From positions 1-64,000 of the IMG/VR virus record IMGVR_UViG_3300034092_004324: DNA of 64,000 bases; one strand, written 5' to 3'. The stretch is from a virus. Made by a program: the position numbers and the translations under genes. The notes below the pieces were generated by a model, which saw only the letters and a program-made list of their open reading frames with translations, made no database searches and was not told the DNA's origin. Positions within the stretch are counted from its first letter, which is position 1. Every line of letters begins with the position of its first letter. Positions 41,387 through 51,993 of the stretch are shown in pieces.

Positions 41387-41608
41387 TTAATCGTTTGATG
41401 CTAAATCAATTAATTGTTTTCTGTTGTGATAAATTGCTAATAACAAGAAATAAATAAATAATTCTGTTAATAATAAAGCTAATCTCAAGCCTTTATTTTG
41501 AACAAAGGCTTCAATTGGTGCTGTAAAACTCAATTCATAAAAAGAGAAACACACGTAAAATAAAACAGTGGGTAATAAACTCCACTTTAAAGGTTTAAGA
41601 TACAACAT
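41387..41608 (-). CDS. Small membrane protein
   Basis: Two hydrophobic segments. Confidence 0.6.
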   Translation of the reverse strand: MLYLKPLKWSLLPTVLFYVCFSFYELSFTAPIEAFVQNKGLRLALLLTELFIYFLLLAIYHNRKQLIDLASND

Positions 41609-41620
41609 CTTTTTTTGGTT

Positions 41621-41920
41621 TTAACGGTATGGATTATAAATTACTTCTACTTCTTTAATTCCTTGTTCTTTTAGATAATTTAAAACTTCTCCTTCATTAT
41701 TACAACTACAAGTATTTTCAACATCCCCGTTATATCTAAATGTTACAATATGAGAATAATATACGTTTTTACCTGAATTTAAAGTTATATAATTTCTTTC
41801 ATCATGAAATATTTTTTCAATTTTAGCATTCCCTACCATCAATTTACGTTTAAATGTAAAATGAATACTAATCATAGTTATTGTAAAAAGTAATATACAG
41901 AATATTACATAATAATCCAA
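41621..41920 (-). CDS. Membrane-anchored hypothetical protein
   Basis: N-terminal TM segment. Confidence 0.6.
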   Translation of the reverse strand: MDYYVIFCILLFTITMISIHFTFKRKLMVGNAKIEKIFHDERNYITLNSGKNVYYSHIVTFRYNGDVENTCSCNNEGEVLNYLKEQGIKEVEVIYNPYR

Positions 41921-42753
41921 GTCATTATTTCATTCGATGTATTTTTATTTGTGTATGTAAATACTTGGCTATTTTTATTTTCTTTTACAATTTTTGACAT
42001 AATTTCTATAAAATCAATATTAAATTCTTTTTTTAAATTATCTAATTCTTTATTGTTACTAACATTTGTAGAAAATAAATTTAAGTTATTATCCATCACA
42101 TCTTTAATCATTTCTTCAATTGCTTTTTCAATTGGTTCTTTAAATAAATCAATTTCTTTAGGTGTTAATTTTTTATCTTTAGTTATTTCTTTTAATTTAG
42201 CATTTATTTCTTCTAAGATTGGATTTATACCAAAAAATTCAGTAATAGAACATGAACAGTCTAATGTACGTAAATCAATATAATTAAGATCTAATATCCA
42301 TTCAGTAGAATCAACTCTAACTTTAAGATCATAACCATCCCATTGTTCTACTTTTAAAACTCTTTCTTTTTTAGCAGCAGGTTCTTTATCAGTACTAATT
42401 TTAAAGTATTTTTTAGCATATCTTGCACTTTCATTTCGATCATTAATAACTACATAATAATCATCTTCTTGTGCTTCTAATGTATATTCTTTGTTTGGTG
42501 TTAAATGTCTAAATTTACCATTATTATTGTTTAGACATATCAGTTTTGTACCTTCCATTGTGGTTGTTGTTTGTTTGTTTAAATATTCGTTTAATAAAAT
42601 TTCAAATTTATTTTTATTAGTTATTTCTGTCCAATATTCATTATTTACATTGTGATGATATAATAAATTATTTCTTGGGTCAACTTTTTGACCTCTTTCA
42701 TTAATGATAATTACTTTTTTACTGTGTTTGTCTTTATATCCATATTTCATCAT
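41905..42753 (-). CDS. Hypothetical multidomain protein
   Basis: 282-aa ORF. Confidence 0.7.
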   Translation of the reverse strand: MMKYGYKDKHSKKVIIINERGQKVDPRNNLLYHHNVNNEYWTEITNKNKFEILLNEYLNKQTTTTMEGTKLICLNNNNGKFRHLTPNKEYTLEAQEDDYYVVINDRNESARYAKKYFKISTDKEPAAKKERVLKVEQWDGYDLKVRVDSTEWILDLNYIDLRTLDCSCSITEFFGINPILEEINAKLKEITKDKKLTPKEIDLFKEPIEKAIEEMIKDVMDNNLNLFSTNVSNNKELDNLKKEFNIDFIEIMSKIVKENKNSQVFTYTNKNTSNEIMTWIIM

Positions 42754-44740
42754 TTTCAGATGTATTAATTAAAAGATTATGCATTTGCATTCTTTTTATT
42801 TTAAAACTTGAATTTGTAAAAAAAACAGAATCATTCATATTTTTTTGTGCTTTGTTGTTCATTTTATTTTTTATTTTTGTACTTATTTCTCTACCTATTG
42901 AGGTATGACCTACATAATTAGACATGTTTTTCAAAACTAAATATTTTAAGTTTATTTGAAATGTTAAATCTATTGAACATACCTAATTTATCATGAATAT
43001 TAGAAAGTATTTCAAAATCTAATTTATGAATTTTAGTCAAATAAATCATCGATCTTTGTTCTTGTCTTTTCATAATTTATCAAGATGATGCAGTTACATA
43101 TTCATTTTCTTTAGTTTTTTCCCAAAGATAATCAACTACAACATCCTCAAGATTTTTTATTTCATTTAATTTTTTATTGGTAAATTTTTCTAATTCTTCA
43201 ATTGAAATATATCTACCAGCATACATAAATGTTTCACCCATATTTATTATCTTTTGCTGTTATTATTGTGATTAAAATTATACAAGCTAATATGTTAAAA
43301 AACATGTAAGGACTTTTATACATGTTTAAAGCAAGCAAGTTTTGTACGATGAATACTAAGTAAGATGCTCTTCTATGTTTTTTGTATATAAGATAATATC
43401 CTAATACAGAAAGAATAACTAAATAAATTTCCATTACTTATTTTTGTTAAGTTTGGAAAATCTTTTATTTAGTTTTTTAACTTTATCTTCTGCTCTTGCT
43501 TTATCGTAAAATAAAATTGCAGTATCTACCCAAGTATATACTAAAGTTCTTTTAACTCTGACTTGAAGTCTAAAGTTTGTTACGTTGTGGTTTGTCTCAG
43601 GTTTTAATCTAAATGACCTGAGTTTTTTTGTGCTTTTCATATGAATTATTAATTACCAATCTAAAAAGTGATAAAGTAAATTAACCCTTGTTTTAAAATT
43701 TATTTCATCTGCCATATTTTGTTCTTTTTCATTTCTAACATTATTAAAATTATGATATTTTTTATATGCACTAAAATTAATTCTTTTCATGTTATTTTTC
43801 TATGTCTTCAATTATACTATTAAATAAAGTTCTTGTAGGATCTGAAATTTTATAATATAATCGATTAAGTTTTTTATCTACTCTTTTAAATAGTTGTAAT
43901 TTATGTGAATTAAGTATACATGAGAATCTAAATAGATTTTTTTTCATGATATATGTTTAATATTTCTAATAATACTTAAAATCATTATTTGTGTTGAAAT
44001 TTTATAAAATACTTTATCATAATTTTTGTCAAAATGATGGACTTTAATACCTAAAGGTGGCGAAATATAAGATATTTTTTTCATGCGATGATTACGTTTA
44101 AAAAGATTCTATTTGAATTATTACTAAAATCATTTTTTATATGCATTATTACTCGTTCTCTTTGTACTAATATCTCAATAAATATTTCATCAAATACTTT
44201 ATCATTAACACAAGGATATAAATTACCACGTGGTTTAAGATCTATTCGTTTCATTTCTTAAAAATGTTAAAATACGATTTTAAAATTTTTTAAATGAAAA
44301 AAAATTTTAATAAGAGATCTATTTTGTATTAACATTGTCATTTTTCTTTGTTCTACAAACCATTCACTTTTTAATTTTAAAAAACGAAATGTTTTATCAT
44401 ATAGTTGATCATCAGCATTATTTACTATTATTCGTTTCATATTAATCTCTTTTCATTATGAACAAAATCTGTAAATATAAGTATTGACATTGTCATTTTC
44501 TTTCGTTTAAACCATTTAGTTCTTAAATATTGATACCTAAATACTTTATTATATAATTCATAATCAGCATGATTTACCATTATTATTTTCATATTATTCA
44601 AGATATTTTCCAAGAAAGAACATATTACTTATTACGCTAGATCTTTTAAAATATTTAATTCTTAAATAGTTTTTACTATATAAATTATCATCAAAACTAT
44701 ATAAATTATCATCAAAACGAAATGTAATTATTTTTTTCAT
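42734..44740 (-). CDS. Tandem array of micro-ORFs (45-70 aa), many starting MK[KR]I and coupled by ATGA overlaps
   Basis: Examples: 44594-44740 MKKIITFRFDDNLY.., 44437-44592 MKIIMVNHADYELYNKVF.., from 44440 MKRIIVNNADDQLYDKTF.., 44081-44254 MKRIDLK..DKVF. Confidence 0.65.
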
Positions 44741-44742
44741 TT

Positions 44743-45312
44743 TCAAGATATTAAAGTTTCAAGTGATTTTTCAGTTAAAACTAAATATTTTGTTCTAACT
44801 TGTATTATTTTATCAAATTGTATTTCAAATAAGTTTCTTGAATTTTCTTTATCAAATATAATAGTTCCTTTAAATAAATAAGATAATTTATTTGTAGGTT
44901 TATTTTTTTGTTTAATACTAATTTCTTCAATTCTATATATATTAAAGTTACCATTTATTAAATCTTCTCTTATATCAATCAAATAAACAACTGATAATTT
45001 ATGTTTTAATATTTCCAATTCATTATATGAAAATGGATATATTCCTTCTATTAATTTTACATTTCCAATTTTTATTTCTGATGTATATTCTTTCCATTTA
45101 TGTTCAAGATGTTGTTTTCTAATATAACCATTTGAGGTTATAAATTTACCACTTCTTAAATCAATTTTTAATTTTTCTTTAAATATTATAGGTCTTTTTT
45201 GATGTTTGAAAAATAGGTAGGTATTATTTGGGTTATACCTACCTATTTTATCGTGTGCTTTCTTGAAAAGCTTACTTAAATCAAAAAGATGATTAGTCTT
45301 TTGAATTTTCAT
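44743..45312 (-). CDS. Hypothetical basic protein
   Basis: 189-aa ORF. Confidence 0.65.
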   Translation of the reverse strand: MKIQKTNHLFDLSKLFKKAHDKIGRYNPNNTYLFFKHQKRPIIFKEKLKIDLRSGKFITSNGYIRKQHLEHKWKEYTSEIKIGNVKLIEGIYPFSYNELEILKHKLSVVYLIDIREDLINGNFNIYRIEEISIKQKNKPTNKLSYLFKGTIIFDKENSRNLFEIQFDKIIQVRTKYLVLTEKSLETLIS

Positions 45313-45529
45313 AAAGTTTCAAAAAAGGATTGAAGACTGTTTGTGGAAACACCATGCAATCTTTATCCATTGGGAGATTGGTGTGTTTATCAGTAGTCAA
45401 CAAAGACTTTCCTTCTATAAGACGGAAATCTTTTTGTTTGTCGATTACCACAATTTGTCTTTCTTCCACTTCTGTTGCAAAATGACCTGCTGTGGAAGAC
45501 GCAGGAGCAACATTAATACCTCTTTTCAT
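45293..45529 (-). CDS. Small hypothetical protein, likely partner of the upstream DUF6745-like protein
   Basis: STAGH...KH...QTVFNPF pattern. Confidence 0.6.
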   Translation of the reverse strand: MKRGINVAPASSTAGHFATEVEERQIVVIDKQKDFRLIEGKSLLTTDKHTNLPMDKDCMVFPQTVFNPFLKLYENSKD

Positions 45530-45551
45530 TGTTTTGTTTTTTAAAAATTAA

Positions 45552-46742
45552 TTAATATTCATACTTCATTAATCCAAAATATTCATTACCTGAAAGTGAT
45601 ACAAGATCATCTTTTTCTGATTGACTTAAGTTTTTAAGTATTTCTGTTCCTTTAGGAGTAAAATTAGCTGAGAATATTTCTCCTTGTCTTTGAAGAGATG
45701 TTAAATGCTTTTTTAATTTACGTGGTATTCTGCACAAAGATGCTATTGCATCTTTAGCATTGTTATGTTCTGAAAATACCCCTAAAAAGAACATTCTGTC
45801 TGTTGAAGGACAAAAACATCTTACATAAGCAATTTCAACATCTTCTATTTGTCCTTTGAATAATGTATAAACACCTACGTTCATTGATTTTGTAGTTCCT
45901 TCTAAATACACAGGATCTTTTGTATCAACGTATGTGTCTTTTTCTGACAGATATTCTTTAAGATAATCAACTAAGAAAGTTCCTCCAAACTTTTCTTCGT
46001 AAAAATTTAGTACAGCACTTTTTATTTCTTCGTTTTGCTCTTTTACAAAGTCGCTAAACAAATAAGTCTTTTCAGACAAGCTTTTGTACAATTCAGCAGT
46101 AACGATTAAACCATTAATTGCATACAATTCATAGTCTTCAAATATTACAGATGGACCATTTATGTTATGTAATTGAAAGCTAGCGTTTCTACTGATAAAA
46201 CGAGGAAATTCACAGATTAAACAAACTTCTTCGTATTGGATGCTCATAAAACTTAATTTACTTGCATTTACTAAAAGTTTTAATCTTTGTTTCAATTCAT
46301 CGTCTAAAATATTTTTAAAGTTCTCATTAATGTAGTCATAATATCCTAACCAACTGAATTCATAGGATGAAATACTATAACTAAAGTTTTTGTAAGTAAA
46401 GTTAATATTGTCATTAGCGATGATATCATTAAGTTTATTTAAAAACTCTACATGATTTTTATCATCTATATCTTTACGAAACAATTTGTCGTATTTATCG
46501 TTTTCTAAGACATTTGCAAACTTTTGCATTTGTCTTGGTGATGTACACTGTATTACTAATGGTCTTTTATACTCCAAAGCTTCATACAAATCACCAATTC
46601 TTTTTGTCTTTTCTTCATGAGAAATCTTTTTATTTTCTTCATAAAGCTGGTATTTGAATACAAAGTCTAACCACTTTTCAGAAAACACTTCAATATTGGC
46701 TTCCTGTTCTGGTGTTAACTTGGTTATTTTTTCGTTTGACAT
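45552..46742 (-). CDS. DUF6745-like phage protein
   Basis: ITKLTPEQE, SP, WLGYYDY, LHNINGPSVIFED, CPSTDRMFFLGV. Confidence 0.65.
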   Translation of the reverse strand: MSNEKITKLTPEQEANIEVFSEKWLDFVFKYQLYEENKKISHEEKTKRIGDLYEALEYKRPLVIQCTSPRQMQKFANVLENDKYDKLFRKDIDDKNHVEFLNKLNDIIANDNINFTYKNFSYSISSYEFSWLGYYDYINENFKNILDDELKQRLKLLVNASKLSFMSIQYEEVCLICEFPRFISRNASFQLHNINGPSVIFEDYELYAINGLIVTAELYKSLSEKTYLFSDFVKEQNEEIKSAVLNFYEEKFGGTFLVDYLKEYLSEKDTYVDTKDPVYLEGTTKSMNVGVYTLFKGQIEDVEIAYVRCFCPSTDRMFFLGVFSEHNNAKDAIASLCRIPRKLKKHLTSLQRQGEIFSANFTPKGTEILKNLSQSEKDDLVSLSGNEYFGLMKYEY

Positions 46743-46913
46743 CTTTTTTGTTGTTTTTTTTGATTAAAACTTAGCAGTTTTAAATAGTGTAAAAATCAAT
46801 TGAAATAGATTGAAAGAGTATGATATCTTTTAAACATTTCACTTAATATCTGATAGTTAATACTTTTAGAAATTTTAGAATCAAAATGTTTAATATTATC
46901 GTTATAGATAATA

Positions 46914-47815
46914 TTATTTATATTTATTTTTCTCATAATATTCTATGTCGTTATAAACAAATTTTTCTATTTCTGAATTTACTCCTTTTAAAATCTGTGC
47001 TATTGCTACAAATCTCATTAAAATAGGTAATTTATTACTTGTATTAACTTTAAATTGTTTTTTTACTTCAAGTGTAATACTTTGTATTAATGTTTGACGA
47101 TGTAATTCAGGGTCCATGTAATATAATTTTTTCATATTAAAAACTTCATTTCATTAACTTTAATTGAATGACGAATCTGAGATGATGCTATAAAACAAAG
47201 AGGTGTGTTTGTAATTTGCATTCTCATTGAATCATGAATACTATAATCTAATTGTAAAAGAATTGGTTTTTCTATTTTATTATAGATATTAAGTTTAGTT
47301 GATATATTATTCATAATTAATCATTATTAATTATATAGTTATGTCCATCATTTAAAGTTCCTCTTAATTGGCTACTTATTTTATGACTTGTTCCTACTTT
47401 AATTAAAAAAATAAGAATTGAATCAAATTTTAAATTTGATTTGGAAACAATTGGAGATTTTGCTGTTAATGTAGAACTACGTATTTTCTTCATAACTTAT
47501 GATTTTAATTAGTTTTTCTTATGTCATCATATAAATTATCAACTAATTGATTTAATAAGGTATAATTTATGTTATAAAGTTTATTTAAATTAATTATGTT
47601 ATCATTAAATGTATTTATTCTTTTCATAATTGTTCATCTTTTAAAAAAGTAATTACACATCCATGTAGTTCAAAATCTGTTTTATAACCTATTTCTTCCT
47701 CAAGTTGATCACATAGTTGAATATATATTTTTTTAATTGTTTGAGAAAATATTCGATTAAGTATATCATTGTTTAATTGACAACTATCATTAACAAAGTT
47801 ATGTGCTCTTTCCAT
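46914..47815 (-). CDS. Second cluster of micro-ORFs (46914-47135, 47132-47314, 47624-47815 and two shorter ORFs between)
   Basis: Coupled 40-73 aa ORFs. Confidence 0.55.
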
Positions 47816-47828
47816 TGTTATAATTAAA

Positions 47829-47861
47829 AAACAAGTGTTAATATTTCTACTAACACTTGTT
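47829..47861 (-). terminator. Rho-independent terminator
   Basis: AACAAGTGTTAGTAGAAATATTAACACTTGTT followed by a T run on the minus strand. Confidence 0.7.
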
Positions 47862-47945
47862 ATGTTTTTGTCTATATTGTTCTTTATATTCTTTCCAAGT
47901 TATGTTTTAGAGACAACTTCTTGGCTTCCTTAATCCGGGAACAAT

Positions 47946-48323
47946 TTAATTGTTTGTCTGTACTGGCGGACTATTAGTCATCGTTGTCCAATTATTAGGC
48001 GGACTTGATGAAATTGAAACGGCACCAGTAGCATTATAAACTAAAACGTAATATGTTGTAGCATCATTATTAAACAATACAGTATAATAATCCATACTGT
48101 CTGTTTGCTGTAACACCGTCAACGTATTAGCATTTTGCGTTAAGTAGGAGAGCATATCACCTTGAGAAGTGAATGTAGTGAAATCTGAATGATATGACAC
48201 TTGTTGTGCTGAATCATTCATAGCGGTTAACGAGGTTTGTTCAACAGCATCTGTAGCAGAAGGTGGTGTACAACCTACAATTCCTGTAAATAACAGGAGA
48301 CAAATAATTAAAAGACTTCGCAT
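47946..48323 (-). CDS. Lipoprotein
   Basis: Hydrophobic N-terminus with lipobox IVG-C; Thr/Ser-rich. Confidence 0.75.
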   Translation of the reverse strand: MRSLLIICLLLFTGIVGCTPPSATDAVEQTSLTAMNDSAQQVSYHSDFTTFTSQGDMLSYLTQNANTLTVLQQTDSMDYYTVLFNNDATTYYVLVYNATGAVSISSSPPNNWTTMTNSPPVQTNN

Positions 48324-48422
48324 AACTTTTTTTGTTTGTTTTGTTTGTTTTGTTTGTTAATATATATAATGAAAAAATTTTCAAGATATAACAAAATTTA
48401 TTAGTCGGTTAATAAATTTTAA

Positions 48423-48818
48423 TTATACTGTAACGCTGCTTTCTTTTACAATGTTTAAATATTCTTCTTCACTAATCAGTTCTGTAATGTTCTTAAAATC
48501 GTTAAGTGTTGATTTCCAATCTCTTGATTGTTCTCTTGATGGATTTTTAGATCCATTGTAAGAAGAAATTGGATTTCTAAATCCTTGAATTCTGTTTGCT
48601 AAATTATGAAACACTTTTCCAGTTAATTGAAAATTCTCAATGTTTAAGTTAACGTTGATTGGTTTATTAACTGCACGACCTGTGGCAATTAAAAAACCTT
48701 TCTTTCTTGAAAAATTTGGTTCTTGATTTGACTTATTAGATAAGCCAATCTGTAAGGTGTTATCAGTAACATTCATTGCTACTGTACACCCTTGTGCTAA
48801 AAAGTGTTTAACTTTCAT
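48423..48818 (-). CDS. Hypothetical phage protein
   Basis: GCTVA...NFSRKKGFLIATGRA. Confidence 0.7.
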   Translation of the reverse strand: MKVKHFLAQGCTVAMNVTDNTLQIGLSNKSNQEPNFSRKKGFLIATGRAVNKPINVNLNIENFQLTGKVFHNLANRIQGFRNPISSYNGSKNPSREQSRDWKSTLNDFKNITELISEEEYLNIVKESSVTV

Positions 48819-48830
48819 TTGTTGTTGATA

Positions 48831-49751
48831 TTAATTGTTTGTTTCGTTAGTTAAAGCCTCATCCAAATATGATTGATCATCTTTTGTTCCCCATTTTGTA
48901 ATGATTCTACAAAGATTGTTTTTACAGTATTCAAATACAACAGGATCTTTAGGAACCTTGCGATTTTCTACTTCAAAAAATCCAAATTTAGATTTCTTTT
49001 TTAAATCTTTTAAATCAAAATGAGTTTCTGGAGCTGCAATAAATAATCCTGATTTATCAATTTTTTGAATTTTATCGTAACTGTATAATTTAGTTAAAAC
49101 TTTTTCGTTTAAACCTGGTTTTCCATCGATACCATCTTTTACTGCAACATAAGCCCAAGTATTATTTCCAGAATTAAACCATGATTCTAATGATATATAA
49201 GAAAAATTAATTCTTTTTAAATCATTAACTGTAAAAATTGGTTCTTTTTTACCAAACAAGTTTAAAAGATAATCACTTTTTAAACCAATAAGAACAACGC
49301 TATCACCTGCACTATGAATTTCATTTAATTTTTTAGTTCTTGAAATTTCTAATACATTCTTTTCAGGAATATCCATTATATAATTTTTCACTGGTGCATG
49401 AATTAAATTGTACTTTTTACAAATACGTTCTAATTCATCTACAGTAATAAATTTTTCTAAAGGATATGCCTGTTTTAGTTCATTGAATGTATTAAGTTGT
49501 TCTTTATTTGAATTTATTGATTGCTCAATAAATTTACTTTTCTCTTTTAATTCTTGATATTGTTTTACAGGTTCAGAAGCAATAAAACCTAATTTTATAA
49601 GTTCTGTTGCTTTTTTTTCAAGTTTTGATTCTGTAACTACTTGTAAATTGTTAAGAACGTTTTCACATTCTTTGATGATTTTTTCTTCTGCATCATCAAA
49701 TTCTTTATGAATTTGTTCAACAGTTGCTGGATGTTTTTTAAATGAAAACAT
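48831..49751 (-). CDS. Hypothetical phage protein
   Basis: 306 aa; FIAAP..F..KDPVVF..IITKWG. Confidence 0.75.
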   Translation of the reverse strand: MFSFKKHPATVEQIHKEFDDAEEKIIKECENVLNNLQVVTESKLEKKATELIKLGFIASEPVKQYQELKEKSKFIEQSINSNKEQLNTFNELKQAYPLEKFITVDELERICKKYNLIHAPVKNYIMDIPEKNVLEISRTKKLNEIHSAGDSVVLIGLKSDYLLNLFGKKEPIFTVNDLKRINFSYISLESWFNSGNNTWAYVAVKDGIDGKPGLNEKVLTKLYSYDKIQKIDKSGLFIAAPETHFDLKDLKKKSKFGFFEVENRKVPKDPVVFEYCKNNLCRIITKWGTKDDQSYLDEALTNETNN

Positions 49752-49848
49752 GATTATTAAAATTTAATGATGGATGACAAGAGTAGGTAAAAATAAAGGA
49801 CTATATTTTTTAAATTTATATAATCCTTTATTTAATTTGGTTGATCGA

Positions 49849-50292
49849 TTAAGAAGCAACAGACTTAGTCTTTGCTTTTACTTTTGTTGCCGGAGCCATC
49901 ATTTTCTCTTTTTGAGCCAATGCAATATCAGCTGGTTGAGAGAAGATTGTAATTGGATTAACCACATTGAGGTATTGAACCCCGGTCAATTCAATTTTAG
50001 TTGGCACTCCATTTTTGGTTTTGTAGTGCAACTCATTGGCTACAGTTTTAATTGGTCTTTTAGTTTTGCTGTCAAGCAAAAGTTCCCTGTTGGTTGACGC
50101 AGGATTAATCACATAGTGATTACGATCTGTTGGATCGTAGTTGTCATCACCACGCATTAAATTGCGGCATTTTTGTCCATCGCGATCAAGTAAGTTATAT
50201 TCAACAACGTTGAATAATTCTTTTTCATTGCGATCTTTGCCGAAACGATTTTTCTCTTCAGCAGTGTTTGGGTAAACCAAAATAATGTTCAT
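49849..50292 (-). CDS. Hypothetical early protein
   Basis: 147-aa ORF with Lys/Ala-rich tail. Confidence 0.7.
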   Translation of the reverse strand: MNIILVYPNTAEEKNRFGKDRNEKELFNVVEYNLLDRDGQKCRNLMRGDDNYDPTDRNHYVINPASTNRELLLDSKTKRPIKTVANELHYKTKNGVPTKIELTGVQYLNVVNPITIFSQPADIALAQKEKMMAPATKVKAKTKSVAS

Positions 50293-50338
50293 AACTTTTT
50301 TTGTTTTAAATTGTTAAATTGTTGATTAAATAAAATTG

Positions 50339-50430
50339 TACACCACAGCGGACTCGAACCGCCAACATCTTTTACAAGACCTTCTGCCGAGCACTGTTTA
50401 ATGAAAAACAGCACATTGAAGTAATGGTGT
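50339..50430 (-). ncRNA. tRNA-like RNA with a hairpin in the D-loop and a 4-nt anticodon loop
   Basis: Acceptor ACACCAU/GUGGUGU-A; D stem CUUC/GAAG enclosing GUGCUGUUU/AAACAGUGC; GUCUU-GUAA-AAGAU; T arm GGCGG-UUCGAGU-CCGCU. Confidence 0.7.
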
Positions 50431-50668
50431 ATTGCTCCATACGTTTCTTCTATGATTTTATTTACGTCGATGAAATATCTCGCTACATGCTACAATTGAA
50501 TCTTGGGGATTCATTTCCAACTATTTTCACAGGAAATAATGTAACATGGTCACGGCAAAATATAAATTCTATAACTTACATGACCAGGGAAATAGATAAA
50601 CTGGTACTGGGTTATGTTGTTACCATCATTGAATTTGTGACGCTTTTTATTCAAAGAATACTTTGTAG

Positions 50669-50722
50669 TGACCCCGATAGGATTTGAACCTATAAAATCG
50701 CTCCCAACTGAGCTACGGAATC
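50669..50722 (-). ncRNA. 54-nt tRNA-like RNA lacking the anticodon arm
   Basis: GAUUCCG-UA-GCUC-AGUUGG-GAGC-GAUUUU-AUAGG-UUCAAAU-CCUAU-CGGGGUC-A. Confidence 0.75.
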
Positions 50723-51332
50723 ATATTATAAATTAAAAGAAAGGAGGGTAAAAAAAGAATAAAACTACTAAAACTTTCTTTCAAAACAACGAGATGTGTC
50801 AAATTAATCCCTCCTTTCTTTTGTTTTTAGCCGTTAATTTTTGCGGCTAAGCTGTTGTTAAAAACACACATTTTTTTCTGAGCTTTTGTGAGCTTCATAC
50901 CAGATTCGCTTTTTTGAAGAATAATCTCCTCAATGCTTAATTGTTTTTTCTTAGCCATATATGTTGATGTAAAATTGTTTCTATTTAAATAAACAAGCTC
51001 TCATCGCTCTATTAGAGCCTGTTTAACATTCCATATTATTTGATTTCCCTATTATGAGCGTGTCTATCAAATAATATTTGCTGGAATGATTACCTTTTGG
51101 TTTTTTCATAAAAAAACTATTAAAGGTCATTATCAAAAAAATTGTCTTTGTGCATTTTCCATGCAACGTAGAATACTGTAATGACAGATCCTATACAAAA
51201 AATAATTACTAACCATCCTAATAATTCCATAGATGTAGTTTTAGAAGTTAAAAAAAGAACCAACAGAACAAATTATTAATAAGTCCTGTTGGGTTCACGT
51301 ACTACGAGTAAAAAACTCGAAGATATTTATTT

Positions 51333-51581
51333 TTAGTAATCTTCATCAAGGTTTATACCACTTTGATAAAAATACAAAATAATTAATCCGAGTATTACTG
51401 GCATTTCTATAAGCCATATAATGCTATTTTGAATTTCTTTATAGTCTTCATTAAATAATAATGATAAGACATAATTGAAACCACAAAACATAGCAATTAA
51501 AGCCAGTGGTATTACTGTAAGACCAATGGTAACTAATAAAAAGTTTTTCATGATTAAAATTTTGTTACTTCTGTTTTCCAA
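51333..51581 (-). CDS. Small membrane protein
   Basis: Two TM segments. Confidence 0.6.
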   Translation of the reverse strand: MENRSNKILIMKNFLLVTIGLTVIPLALIAMFCGFNYVLSLLFNEDYKEIQNSIIWLIEMPVILGLIILYFYQSGINLDEDY

Positions 51582-51883
51582 ATGTTACCTTTTCCATCTT
51601 TAAAACTTTTTGTTTTAAAATAGAAACGATTACCCCAATCTTTTGCTGTTTTACAGCAGATAGCGGAGATAGACTTCATTGAGTAATCACTTGCGAGGAA
51701 TGAAATGGTTTCACCATTTTTCATTTTCTCCAATTGAAACCTCATTGATTCTGCTTTTCTTTTTTTTCTCTGTACTGTTTTATTTACAGTTTGAGATAAA
51801 TTAGATACCAGATTATCTTGATTAATAGTAATTCCTTCAGGAATTAAAATCTCAAGAGTGAAATTTAACACAATCTTCTTCAT
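51554..51883 (-). CDS. Hypothetical protein
   Basis: 109-aa ORF. Confidence 0.6.
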   Translation of the reverse strand: MKKIVLNFTLEILIPEGITINQDNLVSNLSQTVNKTVQRKKRKAESMRFQLEKMKNGETISFLASDYSMKSISAICCKTAKDWGNRFYFKTKSFKDGKGNIWKTEVTKF

Positions 51884-51919
51884 AGTTATATGTTTTTGAT
51901 TTATTTTGATTTGAAGTAG

Positions 51920-51993
51920 TAGAAATAACGAGACTCGAACTCGTAACCTACAGATTAGAAATCTGTTGCTCTATCCAATTAAGCTATATTTCT
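51920..51993 (-). tRNA. tRNA-Arg (UCU)
   Basis: Full cloverleaf: AGAAAUA/UAUUUCU, GCUU-AAUUGGAUA-GAGC, ACAGA-UUUCUAA-UCUGU, ACGAG-UUCGAGU-CUCGU; CCA not encoded. Confidence 0.92.

Noticed and set aside
50424-50687. Plus-strand 87-aa ORF, and minus-strand ORF 52451-52639
   Set aside because: The first is antisense to the transcription block; the second has a TTG start. Both overlap tRNA-like elements and lack protein motifs.
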